The notes under the pieces were generated by a model. That model searched no databases and was not told the origin of the DNA. It saw only the letters and a program-made list of their open reading frames with translations. Of a stretch of 64,000 nt of DNA, positions 51,101 through 62,380 are shown piece by piece. Each line of letters begins with the position of its first letter. Position 1 is the stretch's first letter. The stretch covers positions 62,001-126,000 of the forward strand of contig JADIIX010000041.1 of NCBI GenBank assembly GCA_027604505.1, read 5' to 3'. The translations under genes and the position numbers were made by a program. The DNA is from Gonapodya sp. JEL0774. Taxonomy: Eukaryota.

Positions 51101-54100
51101 TCACATAAGGAGTCAGAACCTGCAAGTCCGACTGGCCTTGCTATCTCCATTGTACCTGACGGCCCCGACACTTCTAGCTCCCCTCCTTCTGTGGATTCAA
51201 CCCATCTCTACTCTCTAGTGTCCCGACTGCAAGCTGATATCTCCACACAAGAACAACTCGTCGAACAACTTCAAAGGTCTCGTGCTGAGATGGCTCAGAT
51301 GGAACGCAAATACGGAGAGAAATTGGGGATGCTCATGGAAGGCGTGGAGCAAGTCACGAAGGAGAGAGATGAAGCTCTGAGGAGAATGGAGCTCCAGCAA
51401 ACAACTGGTGGATCGGGTTTCCTGCCTGGTACGAAGGAAAAGGTAGGCTCAGCGGAGTCTGCGCGCTCGTGGGAGCTGGTGACAGCTGGTTGTTAACATA
51501 TCGTGAATAAACAGCCTGGCACTGTTGCTCTTCGAGTGAAGTATGAAAATCAGATTAAAAAACTCACAGCCGAAGTCGAGGAGACCCGACGAAAGTATCT
51601 TGAGGCTAACCGCGCTGTCGCGAATAAGAAGCGACAAGAAGACGGACTCATGAAAGCACTCAAACAGAATATCGACTCCCTCAAGTGTAAGTTTGCAAGA
51701 CTTTCAGATGCCGTTTACACGGCTTTGGCTTACCTGATCCGGCGGCACAGCGGAAAAGCTTCACATGCTTAAGCAGCTTAAAGAGGAAGCAGAAAAACGT
51801 CGCATGGTGGAAATGGATAAGCAACGGGAGTCCCGCAAGGCTAAGAAGCTAGAGGAAGAAAAGGCCAAAATTCAGAGGGATTATGAATTGAAAGTGAGAT
51901 GGTACCGTTCTTGGTTGATGGTATGGACTGGCTCATAGTTTTCCTCGCAAAACACTTTTAGCTTCGCTCCCGACAGATTGAAGCGAAAAGGGACGCGGGG
52001 GACAAAGGTCGGTATAACCCGATGACGATCCTGAAGCGCATCACAACACCGAAGTCGATAACCAAGATGTTCAACGGCAGTCGTGCAAGTAACCATCTCG
52101 GATCAGGTTCACTTGGTGCCGAAACCCTTGATAATGCTCTGTCCAGATCCATTCCAAACCTGGGGCGCGACGAGAGCGACTTTGCATCCAATAATGCGGC
52201 GAGTGTCAGGGCGACGTTTAAAAAGGAAATAGTTGACGGAGAACTCGCGGCTTGGGTTGCCGCCAAAGAGAATTCTGAGCTTCTTAGCGAATTGCGCCGC
52301 TGGAAAGAGCAGCTCGTGGTTGATCGGGGTCAGCTTGAGCGCGAGTTGGATTCTCTGGGATGGCAGTCTAATGATGCATTGCACTACGCTGATGAACTTG
52401 AGCTCGCGGACGAAGAGATTAACGTTATCGACTCCCGTCTTGCAGATCTAGAAAGTCGTAGTCGCTATGCTCCGAGTGCAGTGGACGACAAAGGTTATGA
52501 AAATGCATTGAATATTCTTCACTCGCTGGATTCATTGGAGGTGTCAAGAATGGCAGAACTGCTTTTAGAGGATCTGGTCGGCGCAAGACTGCGGCTTCGA
52601 ATGGAGTCCCTGAAATGTCAGGACCTCGAGGCCAGGAGGAAGGAGATGCTCAAGGCCATGCAAAATATGAAAAATGCTGGTATCGCGATGGAGGGTTATT
52701 TTGAGAAACGCCTGTCAGATCTTCGGGAACGGTTGGGGCTAAATCTCGACCGAAGGGCCGCAAAGCGGGGTTTACCCCAATCTGGGTTGCCCGGATTATT
52801 GGAAGAGAGTCATCATAAGCTCCCCGAAGAAGATTCCATATCTGTCAACGTACAAGAACTATTTGGATATGAGCACAGTGAGCACGAATTTTCGGGTACA
52901 GATGACGCCGAAAGCAACCCTCAACGGCGTGGACGGCCGCGGACAGCCCCAGCTCGAGCGCAATCAACAAGGGACCTTAGTCAAGATAGTGAGAACTCTG
53001 TCGCTCTCACCAGCCGGCAAGTTTTCCATCATTTATTCAAACAGGGACTGCGAGGGAACAGCCTTGAACGGAATGAATTCGAACAAACTGACAACTATGT
53101 ACTTGCAAGCGCGGTAGTTGAGGGTGCTTTTGAGCGAACGGGCATGCATTTGGACGCAGATGATGCAGGCTCGATTCTATCAGCCTCCGCCTCAGGATCT
53201 CATTTTGATGGGAACCGAGCTTTGAATTCGCATATTGAGGAAGGAGGACGATTTACAGACACTCAGAATATCACCACTGCTCCACTAGTTGGAGGCGCGG
53301 TGAAGGATCAGCGAATGTTTCCAGCAGAAAGTTTTACCAGACTTAACGGAGTCGATTATTCAAATCAACTAAATGACAACTCACAGCGAAGTTCCCAGTA
53401 TCAACTCTTTTTTCAGGAAATCTCATCTGACGAGAGTCCCTCTGTCGAAGCTGAGAAAGCACCGACCAGTCCGGCTGAAACAAACCCAGTGGACGCTCCG
53501 CGCGATATCTCATTGCATGTTCTGCCGGAGCTCAGAGTTCAAGAGCCGACACCGACTGCAACTAGAATCCATTCAACGGTACCTACCTCGGTGCCACCTC
53601 CCAATCCCTTTCACCACCTTCACTCGCCTACTTCCGAGCATCATGAACTGTCACTGCCAACAGTGAGGCGGTCTCATGCAGCCTCATCGTCAACGCCAAA
53701 TCTTTCGTCAATTAAGTCTGTTGACGACCGGAGTCCCACAGATTTAGCAGCGTTTGCAAGTACACACTCAGATATAGACATTCAGTTTTTCGAAGGTGAC
53801 AATGAGGGTGATCAGGAAGATGGGGATAGCTCTCCAACTCGACCGACTCCTCACAGACTGTCGAAAAGAGAGAAACAGCATGGGAAAGGAAACCTTGTCC
53901 GCAGTGGATCGGAGATTCTCGCCAAAAGGGGAGACGAGCCCGGTCCCAGACTAGGATCTGGTCGAATACCAACACGGATAAAGGATTCGCGGAGTCGCAG
54001 CAAATCACCTCTAGGGGATCCTGGGCCTCTGAAGCCCCCTTCGCGCTCTACTTCTCCTATAAAGCCATCCACAGCCTTTGCCACAGCACCCTCTTCCGGG

Positions 54101-55014
54101 CAGAGCCACGAGCAATCTCGAAAAGTGGATTCGAATGCGGCAGAAGGGGTGCCTCGAAATCGACCAGGCTCTGCGTTGTCCGAACACACGTCAGTTACAT
54201 CTTACGTGCCCACGTTGTCGGTTGAGACATATTGCCGAAAATGTCGAAGGCACCATCACTTTGATCACGAGCATCTACGAGCTCAGCGGGCCGCTGCACA
54301 GCAGGCTAATGAGACTCAACAGCAATCTGTAAATGGTGTGTAGTCATAATGCGATGATTTGTGCCCGTATTAAGCTGCTTTTGTACAGAACCTGCGGTGC
54401 CCAGCTCAGCAATCACACGACCATCCACTGCTGTCGGAGCAGCAAAAAAGCTGCAACAACAGAATAGTGGCAATGACTCCCAGTGGTGGGAACGTCTCAC
54501 GAAGACTAACACGGTTTCGACATCGCTCAAGATCCGCCCCGTAAACCCATCGGACCAACCTTCGAGCGACGGTGGTGGGCACTCACGGCGACCGTCAGCC
54601 GCTGCTTCCGAGGCTCGAATTGGTCACACCCCATCGGGTGTATCATTGTCACCTGTTGAACCTCCCCCAGAGCTTAATGGGGTACCGAATCTACTCGAAT
54701 CCTCGGAGACTCGTGACGCTGTTGATAATTATGCCCTTCCCCTTGAAAATGACGTGGAAATGCCGGTGTGTTCTCAGTCGTCTCTCGAAGTCCCAGGGTA
54801 TAGTGAACGGGAGTCTGCTGGACCCAATCGCATGATTGAGCAGTCGGTGATGTATTCCACTGGTGTCTCCGTTGCAGACGATTCTATGCCGGTGCTGAGT
54901 GGATCAGCAATCAGTGCTGATCTTGCGACCCGTATAGAGCCATCCCGGGAGATTGATTCGGAGCTGCGGCGGCCCGTGCCACCAGATCTGGATGTTACAA
55001 ATACTACAATGTGA
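48180..55014 (+). CDS. Kinesin-4 family motor (KIF4/KIF21/KIF27-like), N-terminal motor, coiled-coil stalk, disordered tail
   Basis: [20 protein letters not shown] (P-loop), [79 protein letters not shown]. Confidence 0.92.
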
Positions 55015-55309
55015 TAGTTTGACTTCGTAACTATTCCCGCATTCTTACTTAAATTTTGGTGAACTTATTCAACATCGGTATTTGTTATGATTGTGATTCA
55101 ATGTTAATGCACTGATACATACTCTCGGGAAGACGACTTCCAAAAAATTCTGAACTGCGTTACTGCTGCTATGAACTAAATTAATTGTATTGTTTATTGG
55201 TGCACCGCTTCGGTAACCAAAGCAGTACTTGGCTTGCCATCATTCGGTTGCTCACACCATTGCTTTTTCTCTCAACACCGTCAACTTGCCTCAACTTCGT
55301 TGCGACATT

Positions 55310-56878
55310 ATGAGGAGCATTTTTGTTTTGCTTACCCTCGTTGTCTTTGGTACCCGAGCTGCTACCGGAGACATGTGGGATCGTCCACAATGGCTCAGCA
55401 AAAATCCACTTCGCATGTCTTCTCCGGAACAAGACTCCTACATGAAAGCGGCAAGGGGTGACATAAGTCAAAGCTCAGATGATTTCGCGTGAGTTTCACA
55501 TGAGTGGTGGGCCAGTCAGAAAAATGACGTCATTTCAACCACCTGCAGAAAAATTATTTCTCACTACTTTGGAGACCTTGAGGCACTTCGGCGAAGGGCT
55601 GGCCCAGATTTTCAGCTGGAAAAATCGGATGAGAGTTACACGGCACACATCGACGTTCCTGGTTTCCACCGGAATGAGCTCAACATTTCGGTGGACGGAA
55701 GGTTGATTAGTGTTGAGGGAGAACACCAATGTGGAGGATCAGGCGGAACAGAGACTGGTGGAGAAAAGGTACAAGGGCAGTATACTTGGCTTGACATATT
55801 CGGTGCCCAGAAGGTTCCGTGTATTGAAAGAGCGATTGATGCCCAGGTGAGGTGATGCATTCAGGAGTCTCACATCAATCATAAGCTTATTCTGATAAAA
55901 TCAAATCGAGATTACATTTCCCAACGACGCCGACCCGGGCAGTATTCACGCATATTTGTTGAACGGAGTACTAATAATTGCAGCGAAACGTGCCAGTGTT
56001 CCATCTCTTCGTCAAATTCCGATTGTCGAAAAAGTTTACGATTCCGCATCTGGAGCCTATGAAGCAGCTCAAGGGGGCTTTGAGGGGATGTACAACTGCG
56101 CGAAAGGGGCGGCGGAAGGTGTCTACGAGTTTGGGAAGAGAAGCGTGGAGAATGTTGTGGACACCGGAGGTATGGTGAAGCGGGCACAATGTTTTGTATG
56201 ACAAAGTAACTTAAGACGTACCTCCCCAGCTGCTGCTACAGAGAGCGTTAAGGTTGTTGCATCAGGGGTTACCGATCGGGTTTCAGGGGCTACCGATTCT
56301 GTGAAAAGCGCTGCACGCGGAGCGGCAGGCTCTGGTACGTCTGTTCGCTTTCCGTGGCGGATTGCAAAGTATACAGGTTTTTGATGTTGGTCCACTCGTT
56401 TCGGCCTGAAGCTTCTTCGGCTGCTGCTCGTGGATCAAGCATTGGTGAGAGCTAAGCGTGCTTTTGACTCTCTATGTTAACTGATTTTTGCTTTACAATA
56501 GTCGATCGCAAAGTGAAAAATGTAGCGGAATATGGTACAAGTTATTCGATGGACAAAAGCGTACCACATGTCCGTTACTGACAGTTCGTTGTGTTAGCCC
56601 GCTACTCTACAGACGATGCGGCTGCACGTGCGTCAGAGGCTGGAGATGCGGCCGGACAGGCAGCTCAAACAGCTCCCCAGTCTGTCGAAGACATTGTTTC
56701 AGAGGCCACTGGCGCAGGTTTGTGCACGAGACCCAAATTTGGCTTCAGATCCATTCGAACCTCAACACATTCTCACAAAGCTAAGCACGCCGGTAAAGCA
56801 GCGTCCGATTCTGGAGCAGGGTTCTACGAGAAAATGAAAGAGGCGGTCTTGGGATCGACTGAGAAAGGCGAACTGTGA
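55310..56878 (+). CDS. Small heat-shock protein (Hsp20/alpha-crystallin) with N-terminal signal peptide, LEA-like tail and C-terminal KGEL
   Basis: Exon 55310-55488: MRSIFVLLTLVVFGTRAA. Exon 55549-55846: SYTAHIDVPGFHRNELNISVDGRLISVEGEH. Exon from 55911: ITFPNDADPGSIHAYLLNGVLIIAAKR. Then A/G/S/E/K-rich repeats ending EKMKEAVLGSTEKGEL-stop. Confidence 0.82.
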
Positions 56879-57175
56879 TCCCCGTGCATTTGTGACATGA
56901 AGAAAGAAGATGATCAATTGGGAGTGGAATAGCATCCCAGAGGAGACACGTCCACCGTTGGAATCAAAAGCATGTTCAGAAAGTAGCATTATAGCAAATA
57001 CACGAAAGACTTTTCTGGTATCAAGCAAAGCCCAAAATGAAACGTTCCAAGTAAGGTGGCCCATTCCACAGAGGGAAACAAATCAACAAAAGCACACCTA
57101 AAACTGGAGACGGCTTCAATGTGTTGTCTGGCAGTGTGAAATTTATCATCTCGTCGCCAGCCCCATGGCCTGATG

Positions 57176-58084
57176 TTACTTCCGATCCTCAACCATTATG
57201 ATATGATAACCGCTGTACGCAATTCGTGTGACTAAGAAGCGGAGTGAGGGACGACAAATGTAGGCACTCACTGCACGGTCTTGATCGGGGGATCAGTGTA
57301 CTGGGAAGAATTGATCCTCACAAGTGAACTTGTCTTTACAGACACACAGCACAACTCACGATAGGTTTTGATACGGTGGAAGGCTTCAGCAGAAATGCGG
57401 CGCTGAAGTTCCTTGTTTAAAGTAGTTGTCAAGCACAAGGCTATGCTTATGTTTGACTTACTCTTGAAACGGCCCCACCATTGAACCTCTGTTCATCCAA
57501 CCGAGAGAACCACCTGCTTTCGCTTTATCCTCGCTGAATTGCTCCGCGACCTTGCCATACCTCGTAGATTAAGTCGTTGGCAGGGCTGCAGTATGGGCAT
57601 GTATACAAACCTTGTCAAAGGAAATGCCCGCCTTGATCTGCTCCATAGCTTCCATCGCCTTTTTCGTTAAAGACATGAGACGAAAACACGACTGCACTCT
57701 TGAAGCTTGCACTTCGCACTACCTTGGAATGTTTCTCACAAAGCTAAGCAAGCAATCACAAATGGAGAAGAAGTTCAAACGATTTAAACCAAGTGATCGC
57801 TAGTGATTTCTGATTTGACTCACCACATGTCGAACCTGAACAGATTCCAAAGCAATCGTTAAAATACACGAAGCAAAATCGATTGGCTTAGTGCTCGCCT
57901 TAACACTATTCGCAGATTTCAGCTTCTCCTTCGCTCCTGACGTTTCCTCTGTCATATGTGCTGATCAGATTAATTCCGCGAAACTTTTCACACCATTCAC
58001 TCAATGTATGATGAGCATACCATCTCCAGTGGCTGCTTTTCCCTTGCCTTTACTGGCAGGCTTCGGGTTCTGTTTTGGAGGCAT
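57176..58084 (-). CDS. PIN4: Parvulin peptidyl-prolyl isomerase Par14/PIN4 (about 9 small exons)
   Basis: [76 protein letters not shown]..|[20 protein letters not shown]. Confidence 0.92.
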
Positions 58085-58193
58085 AAGCTCGCGGATGTTT
58101 TCGTTCATCCAACCATGTTCCTCCAAACTCAGAGCCAGAACATTTCAACGATTACAGTCACAAACTGCTCTATTGCACATGATGATAAGGAAC

Positions 58194-59760
58194 TCAAATT
58201 ACTTTTGCTTCATTTTTCAACTTGTCGATGAGCTGTTTGTAAACGAAATCACTCTGACAAATCTCAATCACAAACCACATCACAATCCCATACCCACCTC
58301 ATCAACATTCTCTACTTTCCGTCCTCCGCTGCGTTTGGGAGGTTCTGCGACCTCAAGTACCTCCAATCGGGGCTTTACTTCCACTCCAAGCTCGGTTGGG
58401 GTCAGTTTCGTCAAAGGCTTTTTCTTCGCCTTCATGATGTTGGGAAGTGTTGCATATCGGGGGGTGTTGAGTCTAGAGTGACAGGACGACGGGCCGACGG
58501 CAAGGGCAAGAAACGAGAGTTGCCAGGTCTGTTGAGAAGCTTGTGTGATGGGACTGTGACTGGGTCAAACCGGAAAACCTACCGTAAATCAGTTGTCACA
58601 ATTGCCGGCAACTTTGCCTTGACCGTCTCCAAGCCTCCGTCGATCTCCCTCGTGACTTTGAGAGCGTCGCCCTCGACATCGATCTTGGACGCGAAAGTGC
58701 CCTGCGACCATCCCAACAATCCGGCCAGCATCTGGCCTGTTTGCGCACTGTCGTCGTCGATAGCTTGCTTTCCGAGGATGACGAGGTTGGGCTTCTCCTT
58801 TTGGACGACTGCACGGAGGAGTTTAGCGACCTAAACGGGAGCACCGATTAGAAGAGCGACTTTGGCATCTCACGGACCATCCCGAATGCCTATGACAGTG
58901 TACTCCATTTAAAAATCTCGAGAGTTCAAAATTCATCCGTCCTGGCTTCGTTTTAGTTCTCCATCACCCACTCTCTAAGTGTGATCACGAATCCAGTCCA
59001 CCCAAAAAGAAACCTCATCAGAAATAGCTTTACAAAGCACCCCCCCATACTTCAAAATCTGTCTCCTTAGAGTCGCTTTGCATTCCGTTCTGGTAACTGC
59101 TGGTTCCGACGACTCACCTCCAATGGTTGCACACCGTCCTCGGTCTCCACATGAATAGCCTTATCCGCACCCATAGCAAGAGCGGTCCTGAGTTGTTCCA
59201 CAGACTTTGCGCTTCCAATGCTGACGGCAACAATATCTGTCGCCTTTTTGGCTTCTTTCAGCTGTACAGCGGCCTCGACGGCGATTTCATCGAACGGATT
59301 CATCGAGTGCTTGACCTAATGCGAGTACGGTTTGGGGTTTGGGGATGCGCGGAAGATGTTAGGGGGAACTTGTAGTTGACATGTTCCCCAACGCACACAC
59401 ATTTGTGTCCACACCCTTGCCACCGGCAAGTATCCGGATTTTGACATTGTAATCAATCACACGCTAGCATACACCACAGGTGGCAAGTGTTATTTAGCGA
59501 TTTCGGTGTTCGGGAGGCGTCAACCGAGTCATGAAGTGGGGAACAGAACACACAAACGAGGGCACGTGTAAGAGCAGTGATTCATGAAAACACAAGAAAG
59601 AGGATACGTTAGTGGAAAACACATTCATGCCCCATCGTGGGATAGGGAGTCGCGAGCATGATACTTCACCAAGGATGCTCATCATCCCCGTCTTTGTTCA
59701 GGGTTTGGCGAGCTGATTGGCACTCACCTTGATGGGTACCAGAACTTTGAGCGATGACAT
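58194..59760 (-). CDS. ETFB: Electron transfer flavoprotein beta subunit
   Basis: [106 protein letters not shown]. Confidence 0.95.
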
Positions 59761-59893
59761 TCTGCGGAGGAATCGGAGGAAGCTGGCGAGTTAGTTGGTG
59801 TGGATGGTGGAAAAGTGATGACGAACAAATGGATCGATTGAAGAACTGTGGTCCCGTCATCCACCGCGTCATCACACTTCATCGCATTCACAA

Positions 59894-60932
59894 TTATGGT
59901 TGACTACATTTTACAGAGGAGAAAGCTTTACTCCACGCCCGTCTCGCTTCCTCGGATACTCCTTCCCCTCCGTCCTCCATGGCAAAGAACCGCAGAGCTG
60001 CGATGGAACTTGTCGGCACAGGCATTCGCTGCGTCGAACTTGTCGACTCCAAAAACTGTCGGTGAGCAGCGAGGTATTCAGGAGCGGTACCTGTGACCTC
60101 TGGACGCATTGCAAATGTTGTGAATGGGGCACTGGATGGGGCCAGGTCTCGCAGACGACAGGTGGTGTGACGAGGGAAGGCGAAGAAGGAGAGAGTCGTG
60201 ATAGTGATAAATGAGTCGGCCGATACGTCAAGTGAGTGGAGGTGAGCTTTCGTCACATCTGTGACAATATAATGCTGGGGTTTGCTGCATAAATTGTCAG
60301 CAGGGACTAAGAGAACACTCACATCGAGATGCGAACCAATGTATGAGCGCCGTAGAAGCCGCCGAAGTTGCGATGGCTATCGCAGCAAATATGGTTGCTC
60401 TCTTCATGTATAACCAACGTCGTATGTGGGAACTTACTGGTGAGACCAACTGCTACCGCTGCCACGCGACTAATCCGCTCGAAATCTAGAAAGCCCAAGA
60501 ATGGTGTGACACCAGTAGCAACGGATAGCTTTTATGACATCGAGGGTTCTCGAGATACTTTCGCTTGGTGTGAAAACAACATAACGACGGTCTCACCGAA
60601 ACAACTGAAACCCGTTTCAATGTTCCGATAGGGCTCGCTGCAACACCAACGTAAGCAAGGGTGGGTGATTGAGAAACCGTGCTCGGCGTGTTGGAGAACC
60701 GTCGGCGAGATGTTGAACAGCCAGAGTGCAGCCAACCAGCTTGAAAACCAAGGTATCCAATAGACGTATTGGGGAGTTGGGAGGTTCGCCGCCCTTTTAT
60801 CGATGATCCATGACAGTCCTTCCAGGCAGACAACGATTGACAGAGAGATGGGAAAGAGATAATGGACGGACCCAGAAGGTTGATGGTATCGCGTCTGCAG
60901 TATTTTGATTTTTGAATGATTCGAATTGACAT
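59894..60932 (-). CDS. TMEM70: TMEM70-like mitochondrial inner-membrane ATP synthase assembly factor (start uncertain)
   Basis: Spliced: LAYVGVAASPIGTLKRVSVVS|LSVATGVTPFL..VAAVAVGLT|TIATSAASTALIHWFASR|YVTKAHL..ITTLSFFAFPRHTT..APFTTF. Two hydrophobic segments and an R/S-rich presequence-like N-terminus. Confidence 0.65.
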
Positions 60933-61087
60933 TGCATTGGCCCTCTGTCTGACAGCGGGGGCCTATGCCCGGCTGCACGAATTATTTGTGTCTCCAGCAT
61001 TCATTATAACACTCTTTCAACGGGGAAGAAGCTACATCACGGTCTTAAATACAGCCATCTCTCCATTTCTCCATCTGTTGGGCTTTT

Positions 61088-62149
61088 ATGTCTGAATCGG
61101 ACTCTCCTAAACCACTCTTCCCCCAGAACATAACGCCTTCAAGAATACGAATTATTGCTTCAGACGTGGACGGGACACTTTTGGACCCTCATCACTCACT
61201 CCACTCTCTTACAAAAAATTCTATCCTGCATTTGCGGAAAACTAGACCCGACTTGCCTTTTGTGATCTGCACAGGAAAGCCTGCTGCTTCCTGCAATTGG
61301 CTCAGGAATGAGCTTGACCTGCACGGCATGCCCTCCGTGCACTTGAATGGATGCAATGTCTTCATAGATGGGAAGCTCGTCGCGGATAAGGGATTGAGTG
61401 CCGAGGTTGCCGTTGGGCTAGCGACAGATCTAGCCAGAGGTGTAGATGTTGGTGGTGGTCACCTGGTCTCTTCGGAGGTTATGCTTTATGTCAGGGATCG
61501 AGTCTATCGCGTTGTGTCTGTGCAACCCACGCAAATAGATCCCAGGCCGCCTCGGGACTTTGGCACAGAGCTGAAGGGATATGGCGAAGATGTGGTCTCT
61601 GACACGGAGTACTCCGGAGAGTACGGGGGAGAGGCTGAAGCAAACGGAACGTGGGACCTGCTGGCGCTCGTGCTGCGAGGGGCAGTGACCGTCAATAAGA
61701 TCGTCGTTTGTGTGAGAGAAGCAGATGCAGAATGTGAGTTGGTGTCATTCGTTCCACCTCTTGTCATTGTTAGAACTATCTTGTGCCAAATTGTCTGCGT
61801 CTCAGTCCTCCGCAAATATCTTGCCACGCGCGCTTCGCAATCCGCCACGGTCCCGTTTACAATCACCCAGGCACTGGGATTTGCGATTGAGCTGATCCCG
61901 CCGACAGCGTCGAAAGGAACCGCGTTGGAAATCGTGCTCGAGAAGTTGGGGATCAAGTGGGACGAGGTCCTCTGTTTCGGGGACGCAGAGAATGATGTGA
62001 GCATGCTACAATTGGCAGAACTTTCCGTTGCCATGGGCAACGCAACGACTTCTGCTCAAAACGCGGCGAAGTTTCGCACGATTGACAACAGCCAAGGGGG
62101 CGTTGGCTGGGTAATGTCCAAAGTTTTTGGCGACGCAGCGTACCACTAA
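61088..62149 (+). CDS. Cof-type HAD-IIB hydrolase (probable in-frame intron about 61734-61805)
   Basis: IIASDVDGTLL (motif I), ICTGK (II), SKGTAL (III), CFGDAENDVSML..VAMGNA (IV). Confidence 0.92.
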   Translation: MSESDSPKPLFPQNITPSRIRIIASDVDGTLLDPHHSLHSLTKNSILHLRKTRPDLPFVICTGKPAASCNWLRNELDLHGMPSVHLNGCNVFIDGKLVADKGLSAEVAVGLATDLARGVDVGGGHLVSSEVMLYVRDRVYRVVSVQPTQIDPRPPRDFGTELKGYGEDVVSDTEYSGEYGGEAEANGTWDLLALVLRGAVTVNKIVVCVREADAECELVSFVPPLVIVRTILCQIVCVSVLRKYLATRASQSATVPFTITQALGFAIELIPPTASKGTALEIVLEKLGIKWDEVLCFGDAENDVSMLQLAELSVAMGNATTSAQNAAKFRTIDNSQGGVGWVMSKVFGDAAYH

Positions 62150-62380
62150 AACCTTTGTTAGCGTCGACGAGGGACCATCGTGGGATGGTTATGATTTGTC
62201 CCGCTCTAACATCGCAAGAAAGGGGGAGCAATGTCTTTGCAATAGAAACTGTAGTAAGTAGATGGACTCACTAGAAATTTGAGAGTTCCCCATTACAAAA
62301 ACTGTGAATTTGATTGACGGTTCTTCAACGATATTATTATTGGCCAACACAACGAACTCATAGAACTGGCAACCAAAGAA

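Noticed and set aside
57891..58834. Plus-strand ORFs of 196 aa and 118 aa
   Set aside because: Antisense to ETFB and PIN4 exons.
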